In this document: piece after piece, positions 10,991 through 20,095 of the stretch
Position numbering within the stretch: the stretch's first letter is position 1
How the letters are laid out: every line of letters starts with the position of its first letter
NCBI GenBank assembly: GCA_963807575.1
Contig: CAWECD010000013.1
Coordinates: forward strand, 21,703 to 85,702
From: an uncultured Acidimicrobiaceae bacterium
Lineage (GTDB): Bacteria > Actinomycetota > Acidimicrobiia > Acidimicrobiales > Bog-793
Reading direction: 5' to 3'
DNA: 64,000 bases
Position numbers and translations under genes: made by a program
The notes under the pieces: generated by a model
What the model was told of the DNA's origin: nothing
What the model saw: the letters and a program-made list of their open reading frames with translations, nothing else
Database searches by the model: none

Positions 10991-11644
10991 CTAGGAGGGC
11001 TCGAACCTGAGAGCCGTCGTCCCCACGGAGATCACGTCGCCCGGAACCAGGCGGTGCTCGCGAACCGGGACACCGTTGACTCGGGTCCCGTTGGTCGAAC
11101 CGAGGTCGACGACGAAGATCGCGTCGCCCTCACGACGCACTTGGGCGTGACGACGCGACACGTTCGGGTCGTCGAGGACGACGGCACACTCGGGCAGGCG
11201 CCCGATCGTCACCACTTGAGAGCCGATCCCGACGCGGCGTCCGTCAGGGAAGACGAGCCAGTCGCTCGGTCGGTCGTCGCCTTCGACCAACTCGCTCTCG
11301 ATCGCGAAGGTGCTCACCGACAGGCCATCATCGAGATGCAGCTCCAGGTTCACCGGACCGACGAACTGGTAGCCCTCGCGACCGGCATGGTCCCGCACCG
11401 CGGTGATGAGCTCACGCTCCAGCGAATCCCCGAAATCCTCGAATCGTCCGAAGTCCTCAGACGAGAGGAAGATGTGGAACTGGTTGGGCACAATGAACCC
11501 GTGGATGCCCACAGAGCGACGAAGATCCATCTCACGCGTGAGCCGCCGGCCGAGCTCTATCGGTTGGAGCTGGCCGCGGAACGCCTTGGCAAAGGCACCT
11601 TCGACCAGACGCTCGAGGCGACGCTCGAACTGCTGCAATCCCAT
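10991..11644 (-). CDS. fhaA: DUF3662 + FHA domain protein
   Basis: MGLQQFERRLERLVEGAF...PNQF N-terminus; IGR...VSRRHA...DLGSTNGT FHA domain. Confidence 0.9.
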   Translation of the reverse strand: MGLQQFERRLERLVEGAFAKAFRGQLQPIELGRRLTREMDLRRSVGIHGFIVPNQFHIFLSSEDFGRFEDFGDSLERELITAVRDHAGREGYQFVGPVNLELHLDDGLSVSTFAIESELVEGDDRPSDWLVFPDGRRVGIGSQVVTIGRLPECAVVLDDPNVSRRHAQVRREGDAIFVVDLGSTNGTRVNGVPVREHRLVPGDVISVGTTALRFEPS

Positions 11645-11758
11645 GGTGCAACAAGACTACTGGCGAGGTGAACTGGCCTGATGGCGCGACGGGATCGGTC
11701 CTGCCCCGAAGCTGCGGCAATGAACCGAGCCGGCCGTCGCGGCTATCGTCTCGGTAAC

Positions 11759-11842
<84 letters not shown>

Positions 11843-12066
11843 CCTTCTAGGACTCAGGAGTTCGTGTGAACGCGACCGCGACCCGCCGGGCCACGGGCTG
11901 GTTCGGCAAGACTGGTGGCGGTGCTGAGGTGGTCTCCGGCACGGGCCGGGCCAGAAGCGGGGTATCATTGTGGTGCACCAGTCCTAACCACGCAGGCTGA
12001 GTGCTGTGCTGGTATCCGTCAATGGACTCCCGCTCTAATGTGCGTGGAGCAAGAGGAGTTCCAGAG

Positions 12067-12270
12067 ATGGCAGTAGGTACTGTGAAGTGGTTCAACGCCA
12101 CCAAAGGCTTCGGGTTCATTGCACCCGATGGCGGCGGCGAGGACCTCTTCGTCCACCAGTCAGAGATTCAAGCGCAGGGCTACCGCGAGTTGCTCGAAGG
12201 CCAAAGGGTTGAGTTTGAAGTCACCCAGGGCAAGAAGGGCATGCAAGCCAGCAGCGTTCGCGCAATCTGA
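12067..12270 (+). CDS. cold-shock protein (CspA family)
   Basis: [15 protein letters not shown] and LFVHQS RNP motifs; GAGGAG RBS. Confidence 0.95.
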   Translation: MAVGTVKWFNATKGFGFIAPDGGGEDLFVHQSEIQAQGYRELLEGQRVEFEVTQGKKGMQASSVRAI

Positions 12271-12328
12271 AGTCTCACGTCCGCAGCTGGGAAGCTGCTG
12301 ACGTGAACCGCAGGTAAAGGAGCTCGAC

Positions 12329-12451
12329 GTGGCCAACAAGTCGCCACAGAAGGACTCGGGCAAAAAGCCCGGGAAATCGCTGAAGGAAAAGCGCGCGGCC
12401 AAGAAGGCGAAGCAGGCACCGGTGAAGATCGGGACCGGCAAGCCGGCCTGA
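12329..12451 (+). CDS. small Lys-rich protein (40 aa), absent from the ORF track
   Basis: AAGGAG RBS, GTG start, MANKSPQKDSGKKPGKSLKEKRAAKKAKQAPVKIGTGKPA*; mostly G/C third positions. Confidence 0.7.
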   Translation: MANKSPQKDSGKKPGKSLKEKRAAKKAKQAPVKIGTGKPA

Positions 12452-12550
12452 GGTTCTCGAGCAGCCAAATCGGTTCGGCTTTCCACGATCTCTTCAAGGT
12501 CGTGGTTTGTCGCGTCCGCGGTGCGCGAATCTGCGCGGGTCTGCCAGGAT

Positions 12551-12781
12551 ATGGCGATGAGCGATGTGTACGGGAACAGCCCTGCGGTTGAAAGGCCTGA
12601 CCCCTTCGTCGCGGGGGATGCCGCGGACGAGGTGTCGCTGGACAGCGAGATCGACTACGACGACGAGCAGGAAGAGGACCAGATGCCTCTCGACGTCGTC
12701 GAGGCGATGGAGGTCGGCGTGATGCTCGACGACCCGGAGACGGTCAGCGATGACGATGCTGGTGACGACCGGCTCGGTTGA
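12551..12781 (+). CDS. small very acidic hypothetical protein
   Basis: Asp/Glu-rich 76-aa ORF with coding-like codon usage. Confidence 0.6.
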   Translation: MAMSDVYGNSPAVERPDPFVAGDAADEVSLDSEIDYDDEQEEDQMPLDVVEAMEVGVMLDDPETVSDDDAGDDRLG

Positions 12782-12791
12782 CAGCTGGGCA

Positions 12792-13592
12792 CTACGTCTC
12801 GGCCGCTGAACGCCCGGCGGCTCGGGCCTGTGCAGTCTTGCCTGTCGTCCATGTCGTCCCTGACACGGGTGCCTCCGTCCCCGGTGCAAACTTTGCGCTT
12901 GCCAGCACGGCCCCGTGACTCAGTACCGAAGCGGACCGTATGCGCCCGGTCCCCAGCGCCAATGTGACGCCCCAGGCTCCGTAGCCGTCTTCGAGCCAGA
13001 AGGTGCCGAGCAGCATCGTCTTGCCCCCGGCCAGGCTTACCTGACAGCTCGCCTCGCCGGACCACGACCCGTCATCGAGGCTCATGAACAGCCAGACGGT
13101 CCGGCCCGAGTACACCGTGACGTTGCCGATGCTGCGGCCGCCAGCGTCGAGGGACGCCGTCTCGGCACGTCCCCCGGGCTCGGTGCCGAACGCGGATCGG
13201 CCCACGGCCGGCTGCGGGCCACCGCGCAGGAGCCATCCGGCGCCGACACCCACCCCGGCAGCAACCAACACCACAGCGCACGCCAACACCAATAAGGATC
13301 GCCGCACAGACCACCGCCGGCGCGGGAACTGCCGGGGCGCGTGCCCGGCCCCGAGTCGTTCCATGAACCTCACCTCGAACCCGAGCGGCGGCTCGACACC
13401 TGGCACGACCTCGAGCAACGAGTCGGCTGCGAGAGAGAGCTGCTCCATCTCGGCTTGGCAGCCCGGGCACGCTCCGACATGGGCGAGTGCCTGCGCGCGT
13501 TGTCTTCCCGTCGAGATCCCGAGCGCGAGCTCCGCGATCTCCTCGGCGTACTGAACGCATTCGGGCCCGGAGCGCACGTCGTCACCGCTCAT
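12792..13592 (-). CDS. zinc-binding anti-sigma factor (zf-HC2) with TM helix
   Basis: HVGACPGC motif; overlaps the stop of the upstream sigma factor. Confidence 0.82.
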   Translation of the reverse strand: MSGDDVRSGPECVQYAEEIAELALGISTGRQRAQALAHVGACPGCQAEMEQLSLAADSLLEVVPGVEPPLGFEVRFMERLGAGHAPRQFPRRRWSVRRSLLVLACAVVLVAAGVGVGAGWLLRGGPQPAVGRSAFGTEPGGRAETASLDAGGRSIGNVTVYSGRTVWLFMSLDDGSWSGEASCQVSLAGGKTMLLGTFWLEDGYGAWGVTLALGTGRIRSASVLSHGAVLASAKFAPGTEAPVSGTTWTTGKTAQARAAGRSAAET

Positions 13593-14170
13593 CGACGGCT
13601 CCCTTCACTGGTCATCGTTTCTCGAAGCTTGCTGAGGCCCGCGCGTATCCGCGTCTTCGCAGTACCGAGCGGGATCGTCTCGGCCTCGCTGATCTCGGCG
13701 GCGGTCATCCCGTAGAAGTACGCGAGCACCAGGGCCCGGCGTTGCTCGGCAGTCAGGCACGCGAGCGCCAGGTGGAGCCCGCGTGCGGCATCGGCGTTCA
13801 CGGCGGCGCCTTCGGGCAACACGTCGTTGCTCGCCAGGCCGAGATTTACGAGATCGTCGGGGTCGGTCGGCACCGCCCGGCGCATTCGCAGGGCGTCGAT
13901 GGTGAGGTTGCGGGCAATCGTGAGCACCCAGGTGGAGACGGCGCCGCGACGGGAATCATAGACCGGCGCATGCCGCCAGGCCCGCAAGAGGGCCTCTTGT
14001 GCGATGTCCTCGGCAAGGGCCGCATCGCCGACCATGCCAAAGGCCAGGCCGTACACTCTTCCCTGATATCTCCTCACGAACGCGAGCGCGGCACGCTCGT
14101 CGCCGTGCGCCATGCCGGCCAGCAACGACTCGTCGGAAGGCCTCTCCGTCGGCTCCCGCATCCGTCGCAT
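13589..14170 (-). CDS. ECF RNA polymerase sigma factor (SigK-like)
   Basis: AEDIAQE...W..TIARN region 2; EIS....IPLGTAKTRI region 4. Confidence 0.9.
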   Translation of the reverse strand: MRRMREPTERPSDESLLAGMAHGDERAALAFVRRYQGRVYGLAFGMVGDAALAEDIAQEALLRAWRHAPVYDSRRGAVSTWVLTIARNLTIDALRMRRAVPTDPDDLVNLGLASNDVLPEGAAVNADAARGLHLALACLTAEQRRALVLAYFYGMTAAEISEAETIPLGTAKTRIRAGLSKLRETMTSEGSRR

Positions 14171-14449
14171 CACATCAGGTACGTCCGAGAAGGACGCCTG
14201 GATTGCATCGCGGCACTGCCGAGTCGCCAGGGCAGGGTCGAGAGGAGGCATGTGGGCCGGGCCAACCGACCCCGGCTCACCTGGCACTGCCCGACATGAG
14301 ACTGACAACACCGGAACCCGGCCTTGCCATCCCGGACGACCGGCATTGCCGCTCCCGAAGAAGCGAAACGGCACGGAATTGCGCGCTCCGGCGGTTGACT
14401 TGAGCTGCCTGCAGAGCGTGGGCGTCCTCGGCACAGTAGATTCCCGCAG

Positions 14450-15670
14450 GTGAGCGGTGCTTACGGACCCAACCGGCGGCCGCCCAATCGGCGGCCGACC
14501 TCCGGGCGTCTCGACCCGGCGGTCTACCGGCGCCGGCGCCTGGGCGTTGCCCTGGTCGCCCTTCTCATCGTCGCGATGCTCGTCGGGATCATCTCGCTCA
14601 TCGGCGGCGGGGGGCCCTCGGGCCAGAAATCGACGTCACACACCACCACAACGCTCACGCGCCTGCGCCCGACTGGGATCGGTTACAGAACCGTGACCTG
14701 GACAGACACCAACCCGAGTGCCGGGCTGGTCGTTAACCCTGCTCCCGGAGGCAGCGCCGGCCTCCGGACGCTCGTCACCGAGATCTGGTACCCCTCGATG
14801 GGCGGTTCCAGGAATAAGCCGACCACAGACGCGCGACCCGACTACCGCGCCGGCCCGTTCCCGGTCATCGTCTTCGCCCACGGATTCGACACCCTGCCCA
14901 ACACCTATACGCCTCTTCTGGTCTCGTGGGTGAAGGCCGGCTTCGTGGTGGTAGCACCGCTGTTCCCCGACGAGAACGCCAACCTGATCAACTCCCTCGG
15001 CTCACGCACCACCACCCAGAGCGAGCTCGCCGAGTCGGACGTCGTGAACGAGCCCTACGACATCGCCGACGTGGTCGACGAGGTCGAGTCGGGGGCCGGT
15101 GGTGCCGCCTCGAGCCACGCCGCCTGGCTGAAGGGTCTCGTCGAACCCGGCAAGATCGCCCTTGCGGGTCACTCCGACGGCGCTCAGGCGGTCGCGGCCC
15201 TCGTCTACTCGGGCAAGTACGCCTCGAGCTATGTCGAGCTGGCTGTCCGCCCCTTTGGCGTCCTCATCCTGTCGGGATCGGAGCTCACCGGTGTCTACGC
15301 ACCGCCGGCCGACCCGCCGCCGGTGCTCTTCGTCCAAAGCGCCGCCGACAGCTGCAACCTGCCCCAGGACGCCGCCACGCTGTTGCACGGCGTGGGAGGT
15401 GGTTTCTTCCTGAAGCTCGTCAGCGCGCACCACTTCTCGCCGTACGTGGGCACGGGCCCGGCTGCGCCGGTAGTCCAGAGGCTCACGGCCGCGTTCTTGA
15501 ACGAGGCGCTCGTCGGCACGCCGAGCCTCTCCGAGCTGTCGTCATCTCTTGTGAAGTCGGGCATCGCGAGGCTGTACGGACCGTCGAGCGCTCCGGTCTT
15601 GGCCCCACTCCCCGCACCCAGCCCGGCGGAGCGCTCCGCGGCCTGCACGGCACCCAGCTCACTGCCCTGA
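14450..15670 (+). CDS. membrane-anchored alpha/beta hydrolase
   Basis: N-terminal TM helix; PVIVFAHG, GFVVVAP and GHSDGA nucleophile elbow. Confidence 0.8.
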   Translation: MSGAYGPNRRPPNRRPTSGRLDPAVYRRRRLGVALVALLIVAMLVGIISLIGGGGPSGQKSTSHTTTTLTRLRPTGIGYRTVTWTDTNPSAGLVVNPAPGGSAGLRTLVTEIWYPSMGGSRNKPTTDARPDYRAGPFPVIVFAHGFDTLPNTYTPLLVSWVKAGFVVVAPLFPDENANLINSLGSRTTTQSELAESDVVNEPYDIADVVDEVESGAGGAASSHAAWLKGLVEPGKIALAGHSDGAQAVAALVYSGKYASSYVELAVRPFGVLILSGSELTGVYAPPADPPPVLFVQSAADSCNLPQDAATLLHGVGGGFFLKLVSAHHFSPYVGTGPAAPVVQRLTAAFLNEALVGTPSLSELSSSLVKSGIARLYGPSSAPVLAPLPAPSPAERSAACTAPSSLP

Positions 15671-15782
15671 GCCCCCCCCGGTGGCGACGTAGCCTCGAGG
15701 TCCTGAGGTGTCGGGCGAGCCCGGACAAACCTAATTCCATCGTCTTCATGCAAAGAACTCGCTGGTAAGCCAACATGTCATC

Positions 15783-17453
15783 ATGGACTTGCTCGTCGTC
15801 GTCGGGTCAGACCAGCCGCCCGAGCGCCTGGCCGTCCGGGCGCACCACATTCTCACGGTCCCTCTCGCCGAGGTCACTCCGACACTGATCGCCGAGATCC
15901 GGGCACGGATCCCCCGGCACGTCGCGGTCTTCGGCGCGGGCGCCGCCGCGGTCGCCACGAAGTTGTGCAAGGCCGGCCTCCCGACAGAGCTGCACACCGA
16001 CGAGGACGTGTCCGAGCTGTCGGACCTGATCGGCGTCGAGGTTGTGCCGCTGACCGATCCCGGGCCGAAGATGGAAGTGGCAGATTCTCTCCTCGACCTC
16101 GTCGGCAACACACCGATGGTGCGCCTCGACCGGATCGGTCGGGACCTCCCATGCCCGCTGGTCGCCAAGCTCGAGATCCTGAACCCTGGAGGTAGCGTCA
16201 AGGACCGGCCCGCCGCAGCGATGATCGAGGCGGCCGAACGCGCGGGGCTGCTGAGGCCCGGCTCGACGATCGTCGAGGGCACTTCGGGCAACACAGGCGT
16301 CGGGCTCGCGATCGTCGCCGCCCGGCGTCGCTACCGCTGCGTGTTCGTCATGCCCGACAAGATGGCCCCGGAGAAGGTCGCTCTGCTCCGTGCCTATGGC
16401 GCGGAGGTGGTCCTGTGCCCGACCGCGGTCGCGCCGGACCACCCGGAGTCGTACTACTCGGTGACGGCGCGCCTTGCCGAGGAGATCCCCGGCGCCTTCC
16501 ACCCTGACCAGTACCGAAACCCCGAGAACCCGGCATCCCACGAGGCGTCGACGGGCCCGGAGATCTGGCGCCAGACTGCCGGACGCGTCAGCCACTTCGT
16601 CGCCGGCATCGGCACCGGCGGGACCATATGCGGCATCGGACGCTACTTGAAGGCGCAGAATCCCGACGTCCAGATCGTCGGTGCCGATCCCGAGGGCTCC
16701 GTCTACTCCGGGGGCTCCGGGAGGCCCTACCTCGTCGAGGGCATAGGAGAGGACTTCTGGCCTACGACCTACGACCCGAAGGTGGTCGACCGAGTCGTGA
16801 TGGTGAGTGACACCGACTCGTTCTTGACCACTCGGCGTCTCGCCGTCGACGAAGGGATCCTCGCCGGAGGTTCTACGGGCACCGCCATCTGGGCGGCACT
16901 CCAGCTCGCGCCGGACCTGCGCCGCGACGACGTCGTCGTCGTCCTCGTCCCCGATTCGGGGAGGGGGTACCTGTCCAAGCTGTACAACGACGAGTGGATG
17001 GTGGACCACGGTTTCTTGAGGACGAAGGGACAGACCGTCGCCGATCTTCTCGACCACAAGGGCGGCCGCCTGCCCGGGCTGATCCACGTGCACCCGGGCG
17101 AGACCGCCCGCCAGGCTGTTGCGATCATGGCCGAGTACGAGGTCTCGCAGGTCGCGGTCATCCAGGCCGAGCCCCCCCTCGCAGCAGCCGAGGTGGTCGG
17201 GGCCGTCCACGAACGAGATCTCATGCAGCAAGCGGTACGCGACCCGGCGATCCTCGATCGGACGGTGGCAGAGGTTATGAGCCCACCGCTCCCGTCGGTC
17301 GGCAGCGGTGAGACGGTAGAGCTCGCGCTTGGCCGCTTGGAGGAGTCGCCGGCGGTGATCGTGCTCGACAACGGGCACCCTGTCGGTGTGATCACCCGGT
17401 CGGACGCGCTCGCGTTCCTGGCTCAGTCCGGCTCCCCGAGGGAGGCACGATGA
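15783..17453 (+). CDS. cystathionine beta-synthase with C-terminal CBS pair and an extra ~96-aa N-terminal segment
   Basis: GNTP, NPGGSVKDR, TSGNTG and GIGTGGT motifs; CBS domains. Confidence 0.92.
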   Translation: MDLLVVVGSDQPPERLAVRAHHILTVPLAEVTPTLIAEIRARIPRHVAVFGAGAAAVATKLCKAGLPTELHTDEDVSELSDLIGVEVVPLTDPGPKMEVADSLLDLVGNTPMVRLDRIGRDLPCPLVAKLEILNPGGSVKDRPAAAMIEAAERAGLLRPGSTIVEGTSGNTGVGLAIVAARRRYRCVFVMPDKMAPEKVALLRAYGAEVVLCPTAVAPDHPESYYSVTARLAEEIPGAFHPDQYRNPENPASHEASTGPEIWRQTAGRVSHFVAGIGTGGTICGIGRYLKAQNPDVQIVGADPEGSVYSGGSGRPYLVEGIGEDFWPTTYDPKVVDRVVMVSDTDSFLTTRRLAVDEGILAGGSTGTAIWAALQLAPDLRRDDVVVVLVPDSGRGYLSKLYNDEWMVDHGFLRTKGQTVADLLDHKGGRLPGLIHVHPGETARQAVAIMAEYEVSQVAVIQAEPPLAAAEVVGAVHERDLMQQAVRDPAILDRTVAEVMSPPLPSVGSGETVELALGRLEESPAVIVLDNGHPVGVITRSDALAFLAQSGSPREAR

Positions 17454-18622
17454 GCTGGTCCAGTGATCAAGCGGGAAGAGGCCCGGGGTTCTCCACACGG
17501 GCGATCCATGCCGGCCAGGACCCCGATCCCCTCACGGGAGCGGTCGTCACGCCGATCCACCTCGCTACCACCTTTGCCCAAGAGGCTGTAGGCAAGCACA
17601 AGGGCTTCGACTACGGCCGCACGCGCAATCCGACGCGCGTCTCGCTCGAGACCACGATCGCGTCGCTCGAGGGGGCGAGCCACGGCTACGCGTTCTCGAG
17701 CGGCATGGCCGCGACCGACGCCGTTCTCCGTCTGCTGAGGCCGGGCGACCACCTGATCATCCCCAACGACGCCTACGGCGGCACCTACCGACTCGTGTCG
17801 AGCATCTATGCAGGGTCCGGTGTCACGTTCTCGCCGGTCGAGCTCCAAAGCCCCGACGCGCTGGCGGCCGCATGGCGCGATGAGACCCGCCTGGTGTGGG
17901 TGGAGACACCCAGCAATCCGAAGCTCAAGATCATCGACATCGAGGCTGTCGCCGCAGTTGCGCACGCTCATGGCGCTCGCTGTGTCGTCGACAACACCTT
18001 CGCCACGCCCTACCTCCAGCAACCGCTCGGCCTGGGTGCCGACGCCGTCGTGCACTCCTCGACCAAGTACCTGGGCGGGCACTCCGATGTCGTGGGCGGG
18101 TTCGTCGCGACCAGCGACGAGGAGCTGGGATCCCACCTCGGTTTCGTCCAGAACTCCGCCGGCGCGGTGCCGAGCCCGTTCGACTGCTACCTCGTGCAGC
18201 GCGGCGTCAAGACCCTCGCGGTTCGTCTCGACCGCCAATGCGCGAACGCGGTCCTGATCGCGGCGCACCTGCTCGCCCACCCGGCGGTGCAGGAGGTCTA
18301 CTACCCGGGGCTTGCCCATCATCGGGGACACGAGCTCGCAGCACGTCAGATGCGCGCCTTCGGCGCGATGGTGTCCTTCACCTTGCGGGGCGGCGAGCCG
18401 GCGGCTCTCGAGGTGGCCGCGGGTACGCGACTGTTCACCCTGGCCGAGTCGCTCGGGGCCGTCGAGTCGCTCATCGAGCTGCCGGCCAGGATGACCCACG
18501 CCTCGACCGCCGGCTCCGAGCTCGAAGTTGATCCCTCGCTCATCCGGTTGTCAGTCGGCCTCGAGACCGTCGGTGACCTGCTCGAGGACCTCGACCATGC
18601 GCTCGCACTGGCAAGCCCGTGA
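17450..18622 (+). CDS. cystathionine gamma-synthase/lyase
   Basis: YGRTRNPT, ETPSNP, DNTFATP, HSSTKYLGGHSD and AESLG motifs. Confidence 0.92.
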   Translation: MSWSSDQAGRGPGFSTRAIHAGQDPDPLTGAVVTPIHLATTFAQEAVGKHKGFDYGRTRNPTRVSLETTIASLEGASHGYAFSSGMAATDAVLRLLRPGDHLIIPNDAYGGTYRLVSSIYAGSGVTFSPVELQSPDALAAAWRDETRLVWVETPSNPKLKIIDIEAVAAVAHAHGARCVVDNTFATPYLQQPLGLGADAVVHSSTKYLGGHSDVVGGFVATSDEELGSHLGFVQNSAGAVPSPFDCYLVQRGVKTLAVRLDRQCANAVLIAAHLLAHPAVQEVYYPGLAHHRGHELAARQMRAFGAMVSFTLRGGEPAALEVAAGTRLFTLAESLGAVESLIELPARMTHASTAGSELEVDPSLIRLSVGLETVGDLLEDLDHALALASP

Positions 18623-18668
18623 GCACACAGGTCACCCCCAGGTCCCCGTAGGCGTCGCTGCGGCCGGG

Positions 18669-19844
18669 TCAGGTCCCAGGGATGCGAGGCAGGATCGGGA
18701 AGCAACGATCCTCCAGCCTCCCGAGTGCGTAGGTGGGATACATCCCCCAGAACAGAGCGCGGCACTTCTCGGACCAGACGAGGGCGGCGGGCGAGGACAG
18801 CCGGCGGTGGACCTGCAGGACCCCACCCTCGAAGACCCGGTACTCGGCCCAGCTGCCCGGGAAGTCCTTCACGCACGCAACCTCGGCATAGGGGACATCG
18901 CCAGTCTGGACGAACTTCCGCACCCGGTTGCGGTGGGTATGCCCGGCAAAGTAGCCGCAGATGGCCGGACGCCTCGCTATCACCTCGACGAGGCGCTCGG
19001 AGTCGTTCGGGTTGATCCCGAAGTAGTCCGGAGACCGGTTGGCCGAACCCGGCTTCCAGGCGTGATGATGGCCGAACACCAGCACCGGCCGGTCTGCGCG
19101 CGCGCCGAGCTCGTCAAGCCACTCCAGCTGCTCTCCACGAACCTGGCCCGAGTCCCTGCCCTCGATGACCGTGTCGAGCAAGGCGAGCGTGACGCCGGAA
19201 AGCTCCATTTCCTGGCAGGGCTCGCACGCATAGTGACGACCCGAGAACGCGTCGTGGTTCCCGCGCACGTACAAGAGGCGGTCGCCGAACGAGTCCAGGT
19301 AGCACTGCAAGAAGGCGTCGTACTCCCCGACCAGGCCCGACGAGGTGAGGTCGCCCTTGACCACGACCGCCGCTGGCTCGATCGCGGCGATCTCGGTGAC
19401 CGCGGCGCGGCTCATCATCTCCGGGTACGGTGTTGCGCCCTCCGGCGACGAGTTCTCCACCACCGGGCCCAGCCGCTCGAAAAAGGCCTGCAGCTTGTCC
19501 TTCGCGTCCGCCATGGCCTGCACGTCCATCCCGCCCGCGGCCAAGTAGCCGACAGTGTCGGTGATGTCGGCGATCCTGCCGCACTCGGCCTCGCCGAAGT
19601 GAACGTCGTTGACGGTGGCGAACCTGCAAAGAAGCTCGCCCGGAGGCCGATCGAGCGTGCGGGTCGCGATCCCGTGGCGCAGCACGGGCGAGCCGGGCTG
19701 CAGACCTGTGATGACTTCGTAGCCGGGTCCCGGCCAACTACCGGGCACGCCGACGGTCTCGATGCTGTTGGGAGAGTGGAGATGGAAGACGACCTCGTCC
19801 TCGGCGACAGTCGTGAGATCCCAGACCTCGGCGACGGTGCTCAT
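18669..19844 (-). CDS. metallophosphoesterase
   Basis: DVH, GDLT, GNHD, HH and GHTH motifs. Confidence 0.87.
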   Translation of the reverse strand: MSTVAEVWDLTTVAEDEVVFHLHSPNSIETVGVPGSWPGPGYEVITGLQPGSPVLRHGIATRTLDRPPGELLCRFATVNDVHFGEAECGRIADITDTVGYLAAGGMDVQAMADAKDKLQAFFERLGPVVENSSPEGATPYPEMMSRAAVTEIAAIEPAAVVVKGDLTSSGLVGEYDAFLQCYLDSFGDRLLYVRGNHDAFSGRHYACEPCQEMELSGVTLALLDTVIEGRDSGQVRGEQLEWLDELGARADRPVLVFGHHHAWKPGSANRSPDYFGINPNDSERLVEVIARRPAICGYFAGHTHRNRVRKFVQTGDVPYAEVACVKDFPGSWAEYRVFEGGVLQVHRRLSSPAALVWSEKCRALFWGMYPTYALGRLEDRCFPILPRIPGT

Positions 19845-20095
19845 CACCACGCCTGCCCCGTCCGCGGCCGATCCCGGCGCAGGGACGCCGGAGCGTGCCA
19901 CCATCGCCCCGAGAAACGCCACGCGTGCTCCGGTCCGGCCCCTGCCAACCCACGGCTGCCGTTCCGGGAATCGTCCTTGTTCAAGCCTCTGGGCCAGCAG
20001 ATAGCCACGGCCGCGGCGATCGCGTCGGCCACCTCCGCAGGAGCGCTGAGCGGTCGAGGCGGCACACCCCGGCGGGTCCGATCGGCGTTGCTCAA
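19844..20095 (-). CDS. probable acyl-CoA carboxylase epsilon-subunit-like small protein
   Basis: Coupled to the pccB stop (TTGA) and to the next gene (TGATG); EVADAIAAAVA helix and a W-rich WRFSGRWW tail. Confidence 0.6.
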   Translation of the reverse strand: MSNADRTRRGVPPRPLSAPAEVADAIAAAVAICWPRGLNKDDSRNGSRGLAGAGPEHAWRFSGRWWHAPASLRRDRPRTGQAW

